From NCBI GenBank assembly GCA_963796965.1, contig CAWCNS010000007.1, positions 160,001 to 224,000 on the forward strand: a stretch of 64,000 nt of DNA, written 5' to 3'. This stretch comes from Calditrichia bacterium (lineage in GTDB: Bacteria; Calditrichota; Calditrichia; JAJRVZ01). Within the stretch, counting starts at the first letter, position 1; every line of letters begins with the position of its first letter. The translations under genes and the position numbers were made by a program. The notes under the pieces were generated by a model. That model searched no databases. It was not told the origin of the DNA and saw only the letters and a list, made by a program, of their open reading frames with translations. This document shows, one piece after another, positions 47,728 through 59,146 of the stretch.

Positions 47728-49468
47728 CTATTTATCCGTTTGGACCTTAAGTTCCTTTCGATATAAGTCCAGCATGCCCGCTTTGGAAATCAAGCCTTTA
47801 AATTTTCCTGCTTCGACAACAGGTAAACTCCAGGTGCTGGTGTCATCAAACTTTTTCTGAATTTCAGAAAGACTGTCTGAAAGGGATACGGTAATGAGGT
47901 CTGTATGCATCAATTCTTCCACAAGGATCGTACTTTGTAATGCCTGATCAAAAATTAATTCCTTGATATCGTTAAAATATATCATTCCCAAAAAGTTCTC
48001 ATTATCCCGGTCAATTACAGGAAAATAGTTGCGCGGAGATTTTTTTATCACGGGTACAAGTTCTTTTAATGTATAATCCGGATAAATTGGAATTTGATCT
48101 TGTTCAAGAAGTTCAATTGGTTTAATATCAGCAAGTATGCGTCCATCGGTCCTGGGTCGGTGTAAAAGGCCCTTTTTGATCAGTTCATAATGATAAATAG
48201 AATGATGTTCAAAGAAGTGGACAATTGCCGGTGATAAAAACGATACAAGTAAGAGGGGCAAAATAGCATCATATCCATCTGTAATTTCAATAACTAGAAA
48301 TATACCTGTTAATGGTGCATTTAATATACCACTGATCAGGCCTGACATCCCCATCAGAGCATACAGACTGGAGCCACTCAACATTATCTGTGGGCTAATA
48401 GATTTGACAATAGAATAGAATAAAAAACCAGTTGCGCTGCCAATGACTAATGCGGGTGCAAATACACCCCCAGCACCCCCAGCTCCGAGAGTAAAGGAAG
48501 TGGCAATTATCTTGAAAATAACCACCAGAAATATCAACATCATCCCCTCATCAAATCGCTCTGAGATAATGTTTTCAACAAATTCGTAACCTTCACCCCT
48601 AACTTCTGGAAGAAAATATACAATAAAAGCAACCGGAATAGCACCAAAAGCAGCCCTGGTTAAGGGATTTTTGAATACCGTAGAAAGCCTATTAGATGTA
48701 CCACGTAAAAATTTTATAAAGATAACAGAAAAAAACGCACACATTATAGCAAGTCCCACAGCGGCATTAATATCGGTTATCGAGACATTAATTTCATGAT
48801 GAGAAAAGGGAATCTGATTCCCACTTAATAGCCTGCTTACTTCTGTTCCGGTAACCGAAGCAACAACGACAGGTAATAAATAAACAGGAGTCCATTCTCC
48901 AATAATCACTTCCATTGTAAAAATTATTCCTGTTAAAGGGGCATTAAATATTGCCGCAATGGCCGCAGCAGCTCCCGATCCAGTAACAGCAATTCGAATG
49001 CGTTCATCGGTTTTAAAAAATCGTGCAAAATTAGAACCAATTGCTGATCCGCTAACAACTATAGGGGCTTCGGGACCGGCAGAACCTCCGCTTGATATGG
49101 TTATAAGGCTGCCAATTAATTTTGATATGGCTGATCGAAGCCTTATTTTGCCACCTTTGAGGCTGACACTATGAATGACTTCAGGCAATCCATGCCCACC
49201 AAAATCCTTAATAATGTATTTTAAGAAAAATACTGTAAGAACTATTCCGAGAACAGGCAGAATAAGCAGGAAATATTCGGATTTGTGTCCGTTTAAAAAA
49301 CCAGACTATATATTTAAGACTAAAAGTCAAGGCAACAGCAGCTAATCCACTTGTCACACCGACAATAAATCCCATAACACCCAGTTTAAAGCGTGAATTC
49401 AGGTTAATTAGAAATTCCTGAATTGAAACCTTAATCCGAGAATATTTATTTATAAAAATTTTTCTCAA
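47728..49468 (-). CDS. ClC chloride channel family protein with C-terminal CBS pair; frameshift near 49200-49260
   Basis: GHGLP, GSAGPEAP, FNAPL, GGVFAP, SIY; two CBS repeats. Confidence 0.9.
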
Positions 49469-50126
49469 GATAATTTATTCGGTTTAAGAGATTTTTATCT
49501 TTATTCCGGTTATGTAATATATCTAATAGTCTTTTGTCTTTTAAGGCCTGACTTATCCGGGATAATATCATTAAATGATCTTTTGTGCTATTAGTAAAAA
49601 TCATAAATAATATGGATACCGGATTGCCATCAATAGCATTGAAATCAATCTGTTTATTTAAAAAAATAACGGGTAGATAAATCTCATTTAAGCCAATCTG
49701 GAGTCTTTCCCTAGTATGCGGAATGGCAATACCATTACCAATGCCTGTAGAGGCCAGTTCTTCACGATTTAGTAACTCATGCAATATAATTGTACGGTCG
49801 ACTGTTTTACCAAATGAGAGTTGATTTATTACATTTTCAAATACTTCGATAATATCTTCACCATGCACATTATAATAGATTCCACCCCTTTCTATAGCTG
49901 GGGCCAATATCTGATTATCATATTCTATATCTGCTTTTTTATCTGTCCTCACATTGAAATCATGTTCCTTGGCCCATTCAAGTATCTCTTTGCGATTAAA
50001 ACATTTTTTATGTTTGATAAGTTTAGAAGGTATTTTACCCTGATGATCCCACCTCTGAACGGTCACAAGAGGTAAATCAAGCAGTTCTGCAACCTCTTCC
50101 GAGGATAAATTCTCTTTATTTTTCAT
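49446..50126 (-). CDS. Excisionase-like HTH + PTS EIIA (fructose/Ntr type) protein
   Basis: SSEEVAELL..TVQRW..GKIP; RE..STGIGNGIAIPH with phosphorylatable His. Confidence 0.88.
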   Translation of the reverse strand: MKNKENLSSEEVAELLDLPLVTVQRWDHQGKIPSKLIKHKKCFNRKEILEWAKEHDFNVRTDKKADIEYDNQILAPAIERGGIYYNVHGEDIIEVFENVINQLSFGKTVDRTIILHELLNREELASTGIGNGIAIPHTRERLQIGLNEIYLPVIFLNKQIDFNAIDGNPVSILFMIFTNSTKDHLMILSRISQALKDKRLLDILHNRNKDKNLLNRINYLEKNFYK

Positions 50127-50383
50127 GTAATGGTCTCAAATATATTTTATAATAAATATGAGCATAGGGGCAAAGATAATCTTTGTAACTATTGAATTTA
50201 TCGAATATTTCTATCAATTCAAAAGGCATTCATATTGTGACTGACTATTGGATGTACATTTAATCGTTTTGGTTCTTAACTAATAAAAAAATGCACCATG
50301 GGATCAAAGGTATAACAATTGTACAGGATAAACGATTAATTCTACATATACCTGTAATTTGATGAAATATTTGTCATAAACAG

Positions 50384-50413
50384 TTGACTTACTTAAGGTT
50401 ATGACCTTATATT
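50384..50413 (+). promoter_or_regulatory. Putative sigma70 promoter with palindromic operator in the spacer
   Basis: TTGACT-18nt-TATATT; TAAGGT-TATG-ACCTTA palindrome at about 50394-50409. Confidence 0.45.
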
Positions 50414-50579
50414 ACTAGGTGTTGAGATATAAGTAAGGAAAATTGGTAAGCTTCCGTGGAAACGATAAAAGCTTGTTCCGCAAATTTATGGATTCGGTGT
50501 GCCATTTCACCATAATTTATCTCTCGTCGGTTAGCATTTCATTTTTACTATCAGAATATAAAAATATTAGGGTAAAACC

Positions 50580-53500
50580 ATGGAACTCATAGGAACGCCT
50601 AAACTGGAATTGAACACAGAAGCCAAACGCTTTATTAATCTATATAGCTCTCTCGGAGAGCGTGCTGAAAATTTCCTCCCGGATCATATATTTGAAAGTC
50701 TTAAAAACTTTGCCCGTATATGTTGTGAAGAACCCGATGATCCAAACCGGTTGATCGCTTGAGATCTCACAAACGTCTGCTTGGAACTTAAAGAGGCAAT
50801 TCCCGGATATATTGATGTCTCATTAATGATTTTTCCTCATGAGAGTTCAAAAAATTATGAATATTCCAACCGTCGCCGCTTATTTACAAATCGTCTTAAA
50901 CATTTAATGGATATCGAACTCATCGATGAACAGCAAAAAGTCCAGGTGAAAAATATATTAAATATGCATGATTATTCCCTCGGGTACACCACCGGTTACC
51001 AGACAAATGATAGAATTTCTATATCGGGTAATGGTTGGTGATGAAGTCCGGGAATTGCGTAAATTCCGCGATATTTTAGGTATTACCGGATATGCTGGAA
51101 GTCGCCCAGTGGAATTACTTGCTCGATGTTATCGATCAAATGGTCGTCCAGAGTACACATTATACAACCCAGACAGAACAGAAACGCCTTTTTAGTACGT
51201 ACTGAATCTACTGTTAATTTTAAAGGACTAAATGGTTTTATCCGTACGGTTGTATCGGGAAGTACCGAAACAGTCAGTAAACTTTTCGTGAGGAGATTTT
51301 TGGTCCTGACGTGGTTAAAACCATAGAATTCCTCTCCCCGGAGCAGGTCTATAAAGAAGTAAGTCAGGATACGACCAGTATCTTTCTTATAAAGGCTCGA
51401 CATCTTCGCTCAAATCCTTTAAAAGATATGAAATGGTTCCCTCATTTGAGCAGGATGATATTTGTTGATGATTCTATGGAAGCCCGTGCAACCAATACCA
51501 CATTGGTTTTCGCATTTCATAATGAAATAATAAATACATTGAATAAAGTCCATACAAAGAAATTAGGGGCTGCTGCCAATACACAGTTAAATCTGCGTCT
51601 GATTCTGGAAAAAGTGAATGTTAAAAATATTAGTCGATTCCGGGAGGCTGCTGAGGCAAAAATCAAAGATTATGAAGAAGAACTTAAGCAGTTAAAGAAT
51701 GAGCAACTTGCTGATCCGAAAAAACCTGAACAGGATATTATTTTATTCAAGTTTGATGAATTTGCCAGGCAGATATTAAAAGATAAATATATCATTTCCA
51801 AATTCGCCGGATTTCCTGACATTTATTGAATATATAATGGATGCTTCCAAACATAAATCTATAAACCGGGTATTGATGGATGAATTTGAATCGCGGATGA
51901 GAGATTATTTTTATGCCGGAAGCAGTGATGTTTATATTAAAACCATCGTTGAGGGTGGCGGCCGGAATCAGATTAAAACCTATGGTGAGTATCTGCTGCA
52001 GAAAAATCATAAAGATCTCAGTGCAGCAGGTAATTGAACGCTGCCGGGTTATTCTCGAAGTTTTACCGGATAATTATGAACGGACCCTGCATACCCATTT
52101 TCATCGCAATTTCGGTCTGAATCTGTTTCTTGAGAGATATAAAGAATATCTGACAAAAGTAGAAAATGAAGCAAACAATAAGGGCCGTTTCCGTAACCTG
52201 TTGATTGATTTGGGAATTGAAGCCAAATACAACCGGCTCAATAAGGAACAACAAAAAATTATAAAGGAATTTATTTCCAATCTGGGCAATCTGGAGAAGA
52301 CTTCGATTTCAGATGATGTCCAGATGATTATCCGCGATATTGTCTTGAATGTTTTTACTGCCAAACCTTTTATTTTTCTTAACCAGCAGGCAGCCTGGGA
52401 ATATAAAGATCTTTTCCCGATTGAGAAATTCGACGTCAATCCCTTTGATATCGAAATCGAGTTAGATGAACTTGGGCAGGATCGATTATGACCGCTTTTT
52501 AACAAAAATGGAACGTATTAAAAGTTCCTTCCAACTTTTTGATGAGTCCGGCAGTCTCTGGGATTTGTTCTGTTCAAATTCTACAATACTGGTCAATGAT
52601 CCATCAAATCCGACCGGTTTTACAGATTTTAATAATCAGGCCCTTTTTGCGTTTCCTGAAATTTATGTCAACAACACAATTGACCCTATTTCTTGATGAA
52701 GCCTACAATGATGCTGTTAAAATTGAAGATCCGGAGGAACCGAAGTGGCGTACCATTTCAAGATATATCATAAATAATATTTCGGCTTTTTCCCGTATAT
52801 CCATGGTTGCTTCGCTTTCAACAACAAAGAATCTGGGCGCGACCGGAGACCGTTTAGGTGCCCTGGCGGTAACCGAAGCAAGAAAGGATGCTCTTGAGTT
52901 CGCATCAGAACATTCTGACATTGATTGCACTAATTCCAATTCATTATTTCTTCTGGTAAATGTTCTTGAAGTTGCCCAGCAGGCTCGTAAAATAAAACAG
53001 GAAATCGATGAGAATTTACCAAAAGACGCTTCACGGCAAATTATTAAAAACAAACTTGAAAAATTTATTCAATTGCAATTGCAGGCGAATCAACCGCAAA
53101 TGATCAATACTAGAGAAAGGTGCTCCCCGGCGGGAATCACTTTTCGAAGGTAGCCCCCTGCATCTTTTTCTTCTGGATGAATTAGTTTCCTTAGACAGAC
53201 TCGAAGTACTTGAACTACCGGATGATTTTAAGTATAAGGGAGAGGCATTTTTTAGTTATTATAAATCCCACATTGTAAATGAATTAAACAGTTTTAGGAT
53301 TAACCGCATATTTCCGGGCTGAATCGAATAAACGTCTAAAATTGGCCAAGGAAGTTGCCCTGGAGGCCATTGCCCAGGAAAAATGTGAAAATATCCGTGT
53401 GCTTGAATCGGATGGATCCTACCTGTTCAATCTTTCTTTGCAGAACTTTTATTCTTATCTGGATCTGGAAAAGTTCACTCAAGCCCTGGCAGAAGAACGC

Positions 53501-56500
53501 GGATTAGCAGCAATCCCCTTTCCAACCGGATTAGTTCGTTTCTCATTGGGTGGCTATGTTGAGGGAACAGAGCGGAGTTACCAAATCTTTCGAGCTGAAG
53601 TAAAAAATGCGGTTGAATTGTTCCTGCGATATTGGAAAAAATTTAGCACATTAAAAGAATCAGGTGATAAAAATTCTGAAACAGATTCTGTTTTAGGACA
53701 GATTTTCGCTGGGGAAACAGATACAGCATTTGTCAACAATGTCCTAAATGACTATTCACAAATCCGGGATCTGAAGAAAAATATACTAAACAGTCTGAGA
53801 ATCAGTGAAATTAAAACTATTTATCATCCTTTTCCCGATGTCAGTGGCGTGACCATAAATTCAATCGGTGATTCAAAAAATGCTGTGATTGAATTCTATG
53901 AGAATATTGGCCAATGCCCTGATCTGCCTTCTTTTATTAACAGCAAGGCATTTTCAAAGGTATATGAGAATATATTGCCTCAGATTCATTATAAAATTCC
54001 GGCTTTGCGCAATTTGGATATCAATACCGTTCTGACAAAGTATGGAAAACCTACCCTTTTAAAGTATGTCACCGGTAAGTTGGAATTTCCAGCCTGATTC
54101 TCACTTGCTGGATGATCCGGATGAGCTTTTAATTATGTTGGAAATATTAATTGAACTTGAACGTATATTATTTTCAGATTCTAAATTCAAGGTTGTCGCT
54201 TTGCGTGCCAATGAAAAGGACCCGGCGGGTGATTTGGCCAAACTTGAAGGCTATAATGAAATTCTGAAGAAGTTCATCGGCGAACTTTTACTTCATTTCA
54301 ATTTACCTTTCGAAAAGGAATTATCTGAACCTTCTCAGGAGCAACTTCTTCGAATCAGCTGGCGATGTATTCGAGAAAATCACTGGAAAGTCAATTAACG
54401 AGTTGAGTATTGCCCTTGGCTGGTGATGAATTGCTGCAAAAAGTTATGGAGGATAAGGATCTGAAATTGAACATCCCTATTCCCGACTTATATTGGATAT
54501 TTTTCAGGGGATATTCAAAACAGAATTTTAAATCCAGAGACTGATATTCCGTAGAACAATTATTAAAAATCTATCAGCTTTTATCAGATGAAAATTTTAC
54601 ATCTGATATTATCCGATTCATTAGCAAAGATCAGTGCGGAATTACAAAATCATGATGAACCGGATACAAAATTATTTGCAGAACATTTATTGGCAACTAA
54701 CCTTAAATATATTTATGATCGTATCGAACAAAAACGTCACTTTAAAATATCTGGCAAAGATCTGCCTATAGCCATCAGGGATGTTGTTCTGTTCTTAACG
54801 GGTTTGATGAACCGTTCAAAACAAACTGATTATTATAGCAGATACAACCATATTCTCATAAAAATGATTTATTTACAGTACCAGCAGCAAAATTCAAGTT
54901 ATAATGAGATGATTCAGCATGGTATTACATTACATGAAGGTATTGCGGATTTTAAAAACCAGGAATTGGTCGAATATGAAAATGGATCCCTCAAATGGAT
55001 AAATGAGGTCATGGGCAAATGTGGAATAATAGCAGCAGAGCAACCTGTACAACGTCATACCCGGATGAATACAGATGCAAAAAAACGGGAATATCCGTTT
55101 CATAAAGTTGATCGGATTGAAATAGAGGAACAAAAGACGGATGTGGATTCACCACGGGATTTTATCAAGAATATGCAAACCCGACCCTCAGGCCGATTCT
55201 TTAGTAATCGGGTGGCAAAATTCGTGGAAAATATGGATGCTGATGATTACCGTTGTCGAATTGTTAATGATGGCTTAATGAATGAATTGTATATTATTCA
55301 GAAGTCTTATATGAAATACCTGGCAGATAATTTGCGCTTGTTAAATCCTGGTGCTGTAAGTCTGAAAGAAATTAAAGAATTTGTACCGGATATTATTCTT
55401 TTTTATGGTGCCCCGGAAAAAGTTATTTCATACCCACATGTAGGTTATTTTGACCTCAATGGTCCGCAGGGTAATATAAAAACAATGATTACGCCGCTAG
55501 AAACCAAAGCCGATTATTTTGGCAATATCAAAAAACCCCGATTGACCCTTCTAAATGAGAAAGTAAAGGAAATGGGCGGTGTACCTATTCACGGCTCATT
55601 TGTTGTTATCGAAAGCGAGGATGGCAGTCTGTTTGGTGTGATGATTGCTGGAGATAGCGGTGTCGGCAAATCAGAAATGCTGGCAGCAATGATGCTTAAG
55701 TGGATCCAAAAAGATCTCAGTGGTATTCGTTCAATAAAAATGGTGGCCGGCGACATGCTGCACGTTTTTCCGGATAAAGAAGGTAATCTTTATGGTATAG
55801 GTACAGAAGTCGGCGATTTCTCCAGGGTAACTGACTTCGATCCGGAATTTATACGTATGTATAATTTGCTGTTTGAAAGCAGTGCGGATAGTAATGTGGA
55901 AGATTTGAATTCCCGTAGTACGTTTACAGGATTCTGTGATATAAATATGCCTTTCAAGATCGATATTATTCTTACTGCGCAAAATTACGGCCGGACAGAG
56001 GCAGGTATAATAAAATATTCAAATGTGGAGAATTTTATGCTTTACCGTGATTCCCATGGTGAACGTAAAGAGAAGGCAACAAGCTCTGATAATCCGCATT
56101 TTCAACGTACATTACTCAGATACACAGGTGATAAAAATATCGTTGAAGTTTTAGATTTTCATGGTAATTATCTTGATGATGTTCTGGATTGGGAAAGAGA
56201 CACTTTTACGGGTAAACATTACCTTTCCTCTTCCTATAAAAGGATTGACCGGATTGATGTTGAGGAAATTGTAAGTAAGATATTTACTGGTAAAATTTTT
56301 GAAGACCAGGACATTGAATACACGATTAGAGATGTTAAGTTTGATATCATAAAAAACCGCTTTAATGCCAGGGCGGTTTCGAATCAGGAAGACAGTGCGG
56401 AAGAGATATTTACCATTGACCGGACTCTCTTTAGTCAGATTTTTAATTCCCTGGCCAGTACACCTGCAGGTAATCCCTTCATCAATGAACATGAAGAACG

Positions 56501-57236
56501 TGAGGTGCGCCGTCGTCTGATCCATGTGTTAAAGGGTGGTGACAACGGTGAAGGGAAGGGGCGAAAAATTCAATGTGCGATTTTGTCGACAGATCTGGGT
56601 AAAAAAGGTAAGGAGATTGCCGGACCGCAGAAAGCAGCACAGGAAGTTAAAAAACTTGTTCAGGAAGTCCGGACCAGCCGGCCGGATATTACCGCTGCCA
56701 GAAATCTGGTAAAAAAATCCATTGAGAAACATTATGGGGCTCTGTTCAGAGATCATAAGAAAAGTCTGGAAATTGAACGGTATAATTTTAATTTATATCA
56801 ATTGGAATTAATGCGTAAGGCAAAATTCGTACGCATCGATGACATGGCCACACCAATTGACATTTCTCGTCTTAAAGGTTTTCAACCATTGCCGGCCAAT
56901 CGCACGTTTAATCCGCTTCTGGTTACACCAAACATTAATATTGAACTTAATAATTTTAGTGAAACCTATGAACAATTGATGTGGATTCCAAACAATGAAG
57001 AATTCGCGGAGAAATTTTATAATGATTGTGAAAATCTGTTTATAGCTTCTGGTTATAGTGATTCAACAATCGTAAACAACATCATTGTCCAACTTCTGTT
57101 ATTGAATGGTTATATTGCGGTAGAGGATTTATCGCGTGGAAAATTAACCGAAAAAGCTAACCGTGAAACCATCGCTGCCGCCAAATTTGCAGCTGTTAAA
57201 AAATACAGGGAGGCGGTTGATATAAAGCCTGATTAA
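50580..57236 (+). CDS. Giant protein: unknown N-terminus + fold-type-I PLP enzyme + PEPCK-like P-loop domain (many frameshifts up to 54588)
   Basis: NDPSNPTG, LDEAY, STTKNLGATGDRLG, VRFSLG; then FGNIKK, PIHG, GDSGVGKSE, VAGDM, GTEVG, NSR; contiguous coding potential, no clear internal start. Confidence 0.7.
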
Positions 57237-57355
57237 TTAGTATTGAGGAAAGATCGTGTCAAAAAAAAGAAATATTGTTAAAATTGTTGAAAATGCTATT
57301 GATACGGTTTATTTCTTTCTTTAAATTATATGATTCTACTCGAGATGGCGTAGTT

Positions 57356-57413
57356 AGATCCTGAGACGAGCTCAGGATGACAGTATGGTCGTTCCGAGCT
57401 TGTTTCGGAATCT
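57356..57413. repeat. REP-like inverted doublet upstream of tRNA
   Basis: AGATCCTGAGACGAGCTCAGGATGAC and GTCGTTCCGAGCTTGTTTCGGAATCT; related to 43291-43316. Confidence 0.65.
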
Positions 57414-57442
57414 GTTCTAAACCCGATTAAAATGTAAATGCC

Positions 57443-57526
57443 GGGGAGGTTGCGGAGCGGTCAAACGCAACAGACTGTAAATCTGTCGACTGAATGTCTT
57501 CGGAGGTTCGAATCCTCCCCTCCCCA
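57443..57526 (+). tRNA. tRNA-Tyr (GTA)
   Basis: Acceptor GGGGAGG/CCTCCCC, anticodon arm ACAGA-CTGTAAA-TCTGT, long variable arm, GGAGG-TTCGAAT-CCTCC; CCA not encoded. Confidence 0.97.
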
Positions 57527-57531
57527 CAACC

Positions 57532-57566
57532 AATCCCTGCTTCTTAAGTGAAGTGGGGATTTTTTT
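57532..57566 (+). terminator. Rho-independent terminator after tRNA
   Basis: AATCCCTGCTTC-loop-GAAGTGGGGATT followed by T run. Confidence 0.75.
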
Positions 57567-57802
57567 GTTTATAAGCAAATAGCGCAAGTCGAAGAAAATT
57601 GCATCTATAATTAATTTTGGAAAATAGTATTGTTTTAAATTAAAAATATTACCATATTTTAATATAGGGATCATGTATAAACAGTCCAACCAGATCCCTT
57701 TTTACTCCTGCGGTGTGTAGTGCAATATATGCGGAATAATCTTTACTTTTTAAGGATTTTAACCGCCACCCAAAGTATTTTATTAAGGATAAGAGAACGA
57801 CG

Positions 57803-59128
57803 ATGATACAGCAAACTAAAAGATTACCCAAAAAATATTTTATATTAATTGCGTTGATAATCCTACTTATTCCTTTTGGATGCGCAGAAAAGGCTGGTCA
57901 GAACAGTAACGGAAATTTGCTCATTCCTGCCGTTGAGGCAGTTAAATCTCGTTATGGTGCGTTGCCACTTACAGAGCGATTCTCTGGATTGGTCAAAGCA
58001 GAAAATCAGGTTGGAATCTACCCGGAAACAAATGCTGCCATTATAACTGTTTATGTTGAAAACGGAGATTATGTGAAACGCGGACAAGCATTAGTGCAAT
58101 TACGCGATAAAGAATTTCAGGAACGGTTAAAACAGGCCCGGGCCAGTTACCAGATTGCTGAAGCACAGTTGAAACAGGCCGAAGCACAGATGCTGGAAAT
58201 AAAGGGAGATCTGCAACGTGTCCGCTCATTATCAGATCAGGGACTAGCCAGTACTGCTGAGCTGGAAAATATAAGGACTGAAGCCCTCTCTGCTGAAGCG
58301 AATGTAGCTCTGGCACAAGCAAGGGTTGTACAAGCACAGGCGGTCGTTGATGAAAGGCAGGAAATTCTCTCGCAGACAACGATTCGCGCTCCAATATCTG
58401 GCAGAGTTGGCAACCGCCGCGCAGAAGTGGGCATGTTGGTGAATAGTAATTCGCGTCTATTTACATTAGGCCAGATGGATAATCTACGTGTCCAGATTAT
58501 CCTGACAGATTATATGATGGATTATATCAAGATAGGCCAACGTACAGAAATTGATCCCTCTGGTCGGTTGTCAGATATTTTATCTGCGCCACTTAAACGT
58601 CTTTCACCCTTTCTTCATCCCATAACTCATACGACCGAAGCTGAGATTGATCTTGACAATAAAGATGGAAAATTGATGCCGGGCATGTTTGTTACTGTAG
58701 ATGTTTTTTATGGCGAAAGTGAACAGGCTACTTTAGTGCCGCTAAGTGCACTTTATGATAATCCGAGCAGTGGTGAAACAGGTGTTTATATACCTGAAGA
58801 ACCATTGATACGTGAACCGACCAAATCAACCCCCGGGGCACATGGGGGCGCCCTGAGTGATCCTATTTCTTTCAAATTTGTTCCTATAGAAATAATCGCT
58901 AAAGGACGAATGGAAGCTGGTATAAGGGGTGTTGAGGCTAATAATTGGGTTGTAATTCTTGGCCAGGATCTTCTTGCCGGTAAGGCAACTAAAGCAAGGG
59001 TGAGAACAGTCGATTGGGGCTGGGTTGAGCAATTACAAAACCTCCAGCGTGAGGATCTATTAGAAGAGATCATGAAAAAACAGCAATCTTCTAGCCGTGA
59101 TAGTGTCTCCCTTAACATGTCAAATTAA
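57803..59128 (+). CDS. RND efflux periplasmic adaptor (MFP) lipoprotein
   Basis: Lipobox PFGC; V..GDYVKRGQ, IRAPISG, LMPGMFV. Confidence 0.9.
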   Translation: MIQQTKRLPKKYFILIALIILLIPFGCAEKAGQNSNGNLLIPAVEAVKSRYGALPLTERFSGLVKAENQVGIYPETNAAIITVYVENGDYVKRGQALVQLRDKEFQERLKQARASYQIAEAQLKQAEAQMLEIKGDLQRVRSLSDQGLASTAELENIRTEALSAEANVALAQARVVQAQAVVDERQEILSQTTIRAPISGRVGNRRAEVGMLVNSNSRLFTLGQMDNLRVQIILTDYMMDYIKIGQRTEIDPSGRLSDILSAPLKRLSPFLHPITHTTEAEIDLDNKDGKLMPGMFVTVDVFYGESEQATLVPLSALYDNPSSGETGVYIPEEPLIREPTKSTPGAHGGALSDPISFKFVPIEIIAKGRMEAGIRGVEANNWVVILGQDLLAGKATKARVRTVDWGWVEQLQNLQREDLLEEIMKKQQSSSRDSVSLNMSN

Positions 59129-59146
59129 GGAGTGGAGTAGATCGAC

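Noticed and set aside
50440..50540. Possible fluoride or c-di-GMP riboswitch in the ClC/giant-gene divergent region
   Set aside because: Hairpins exist, but the conserved GAUG/pseudoknot core and the GCAAA/GAAA motifs are not matched; would need an Infernal search
57443..57526. tRNA-Tyr as an integration site for a genomic island
   Set aside because: No integrase and no duplicated tRNA 3' end noticed in the window
57417..57689. 90-aa minus-strand ORF
   Set aside because: Antisense shadow of tRNA-Tyr
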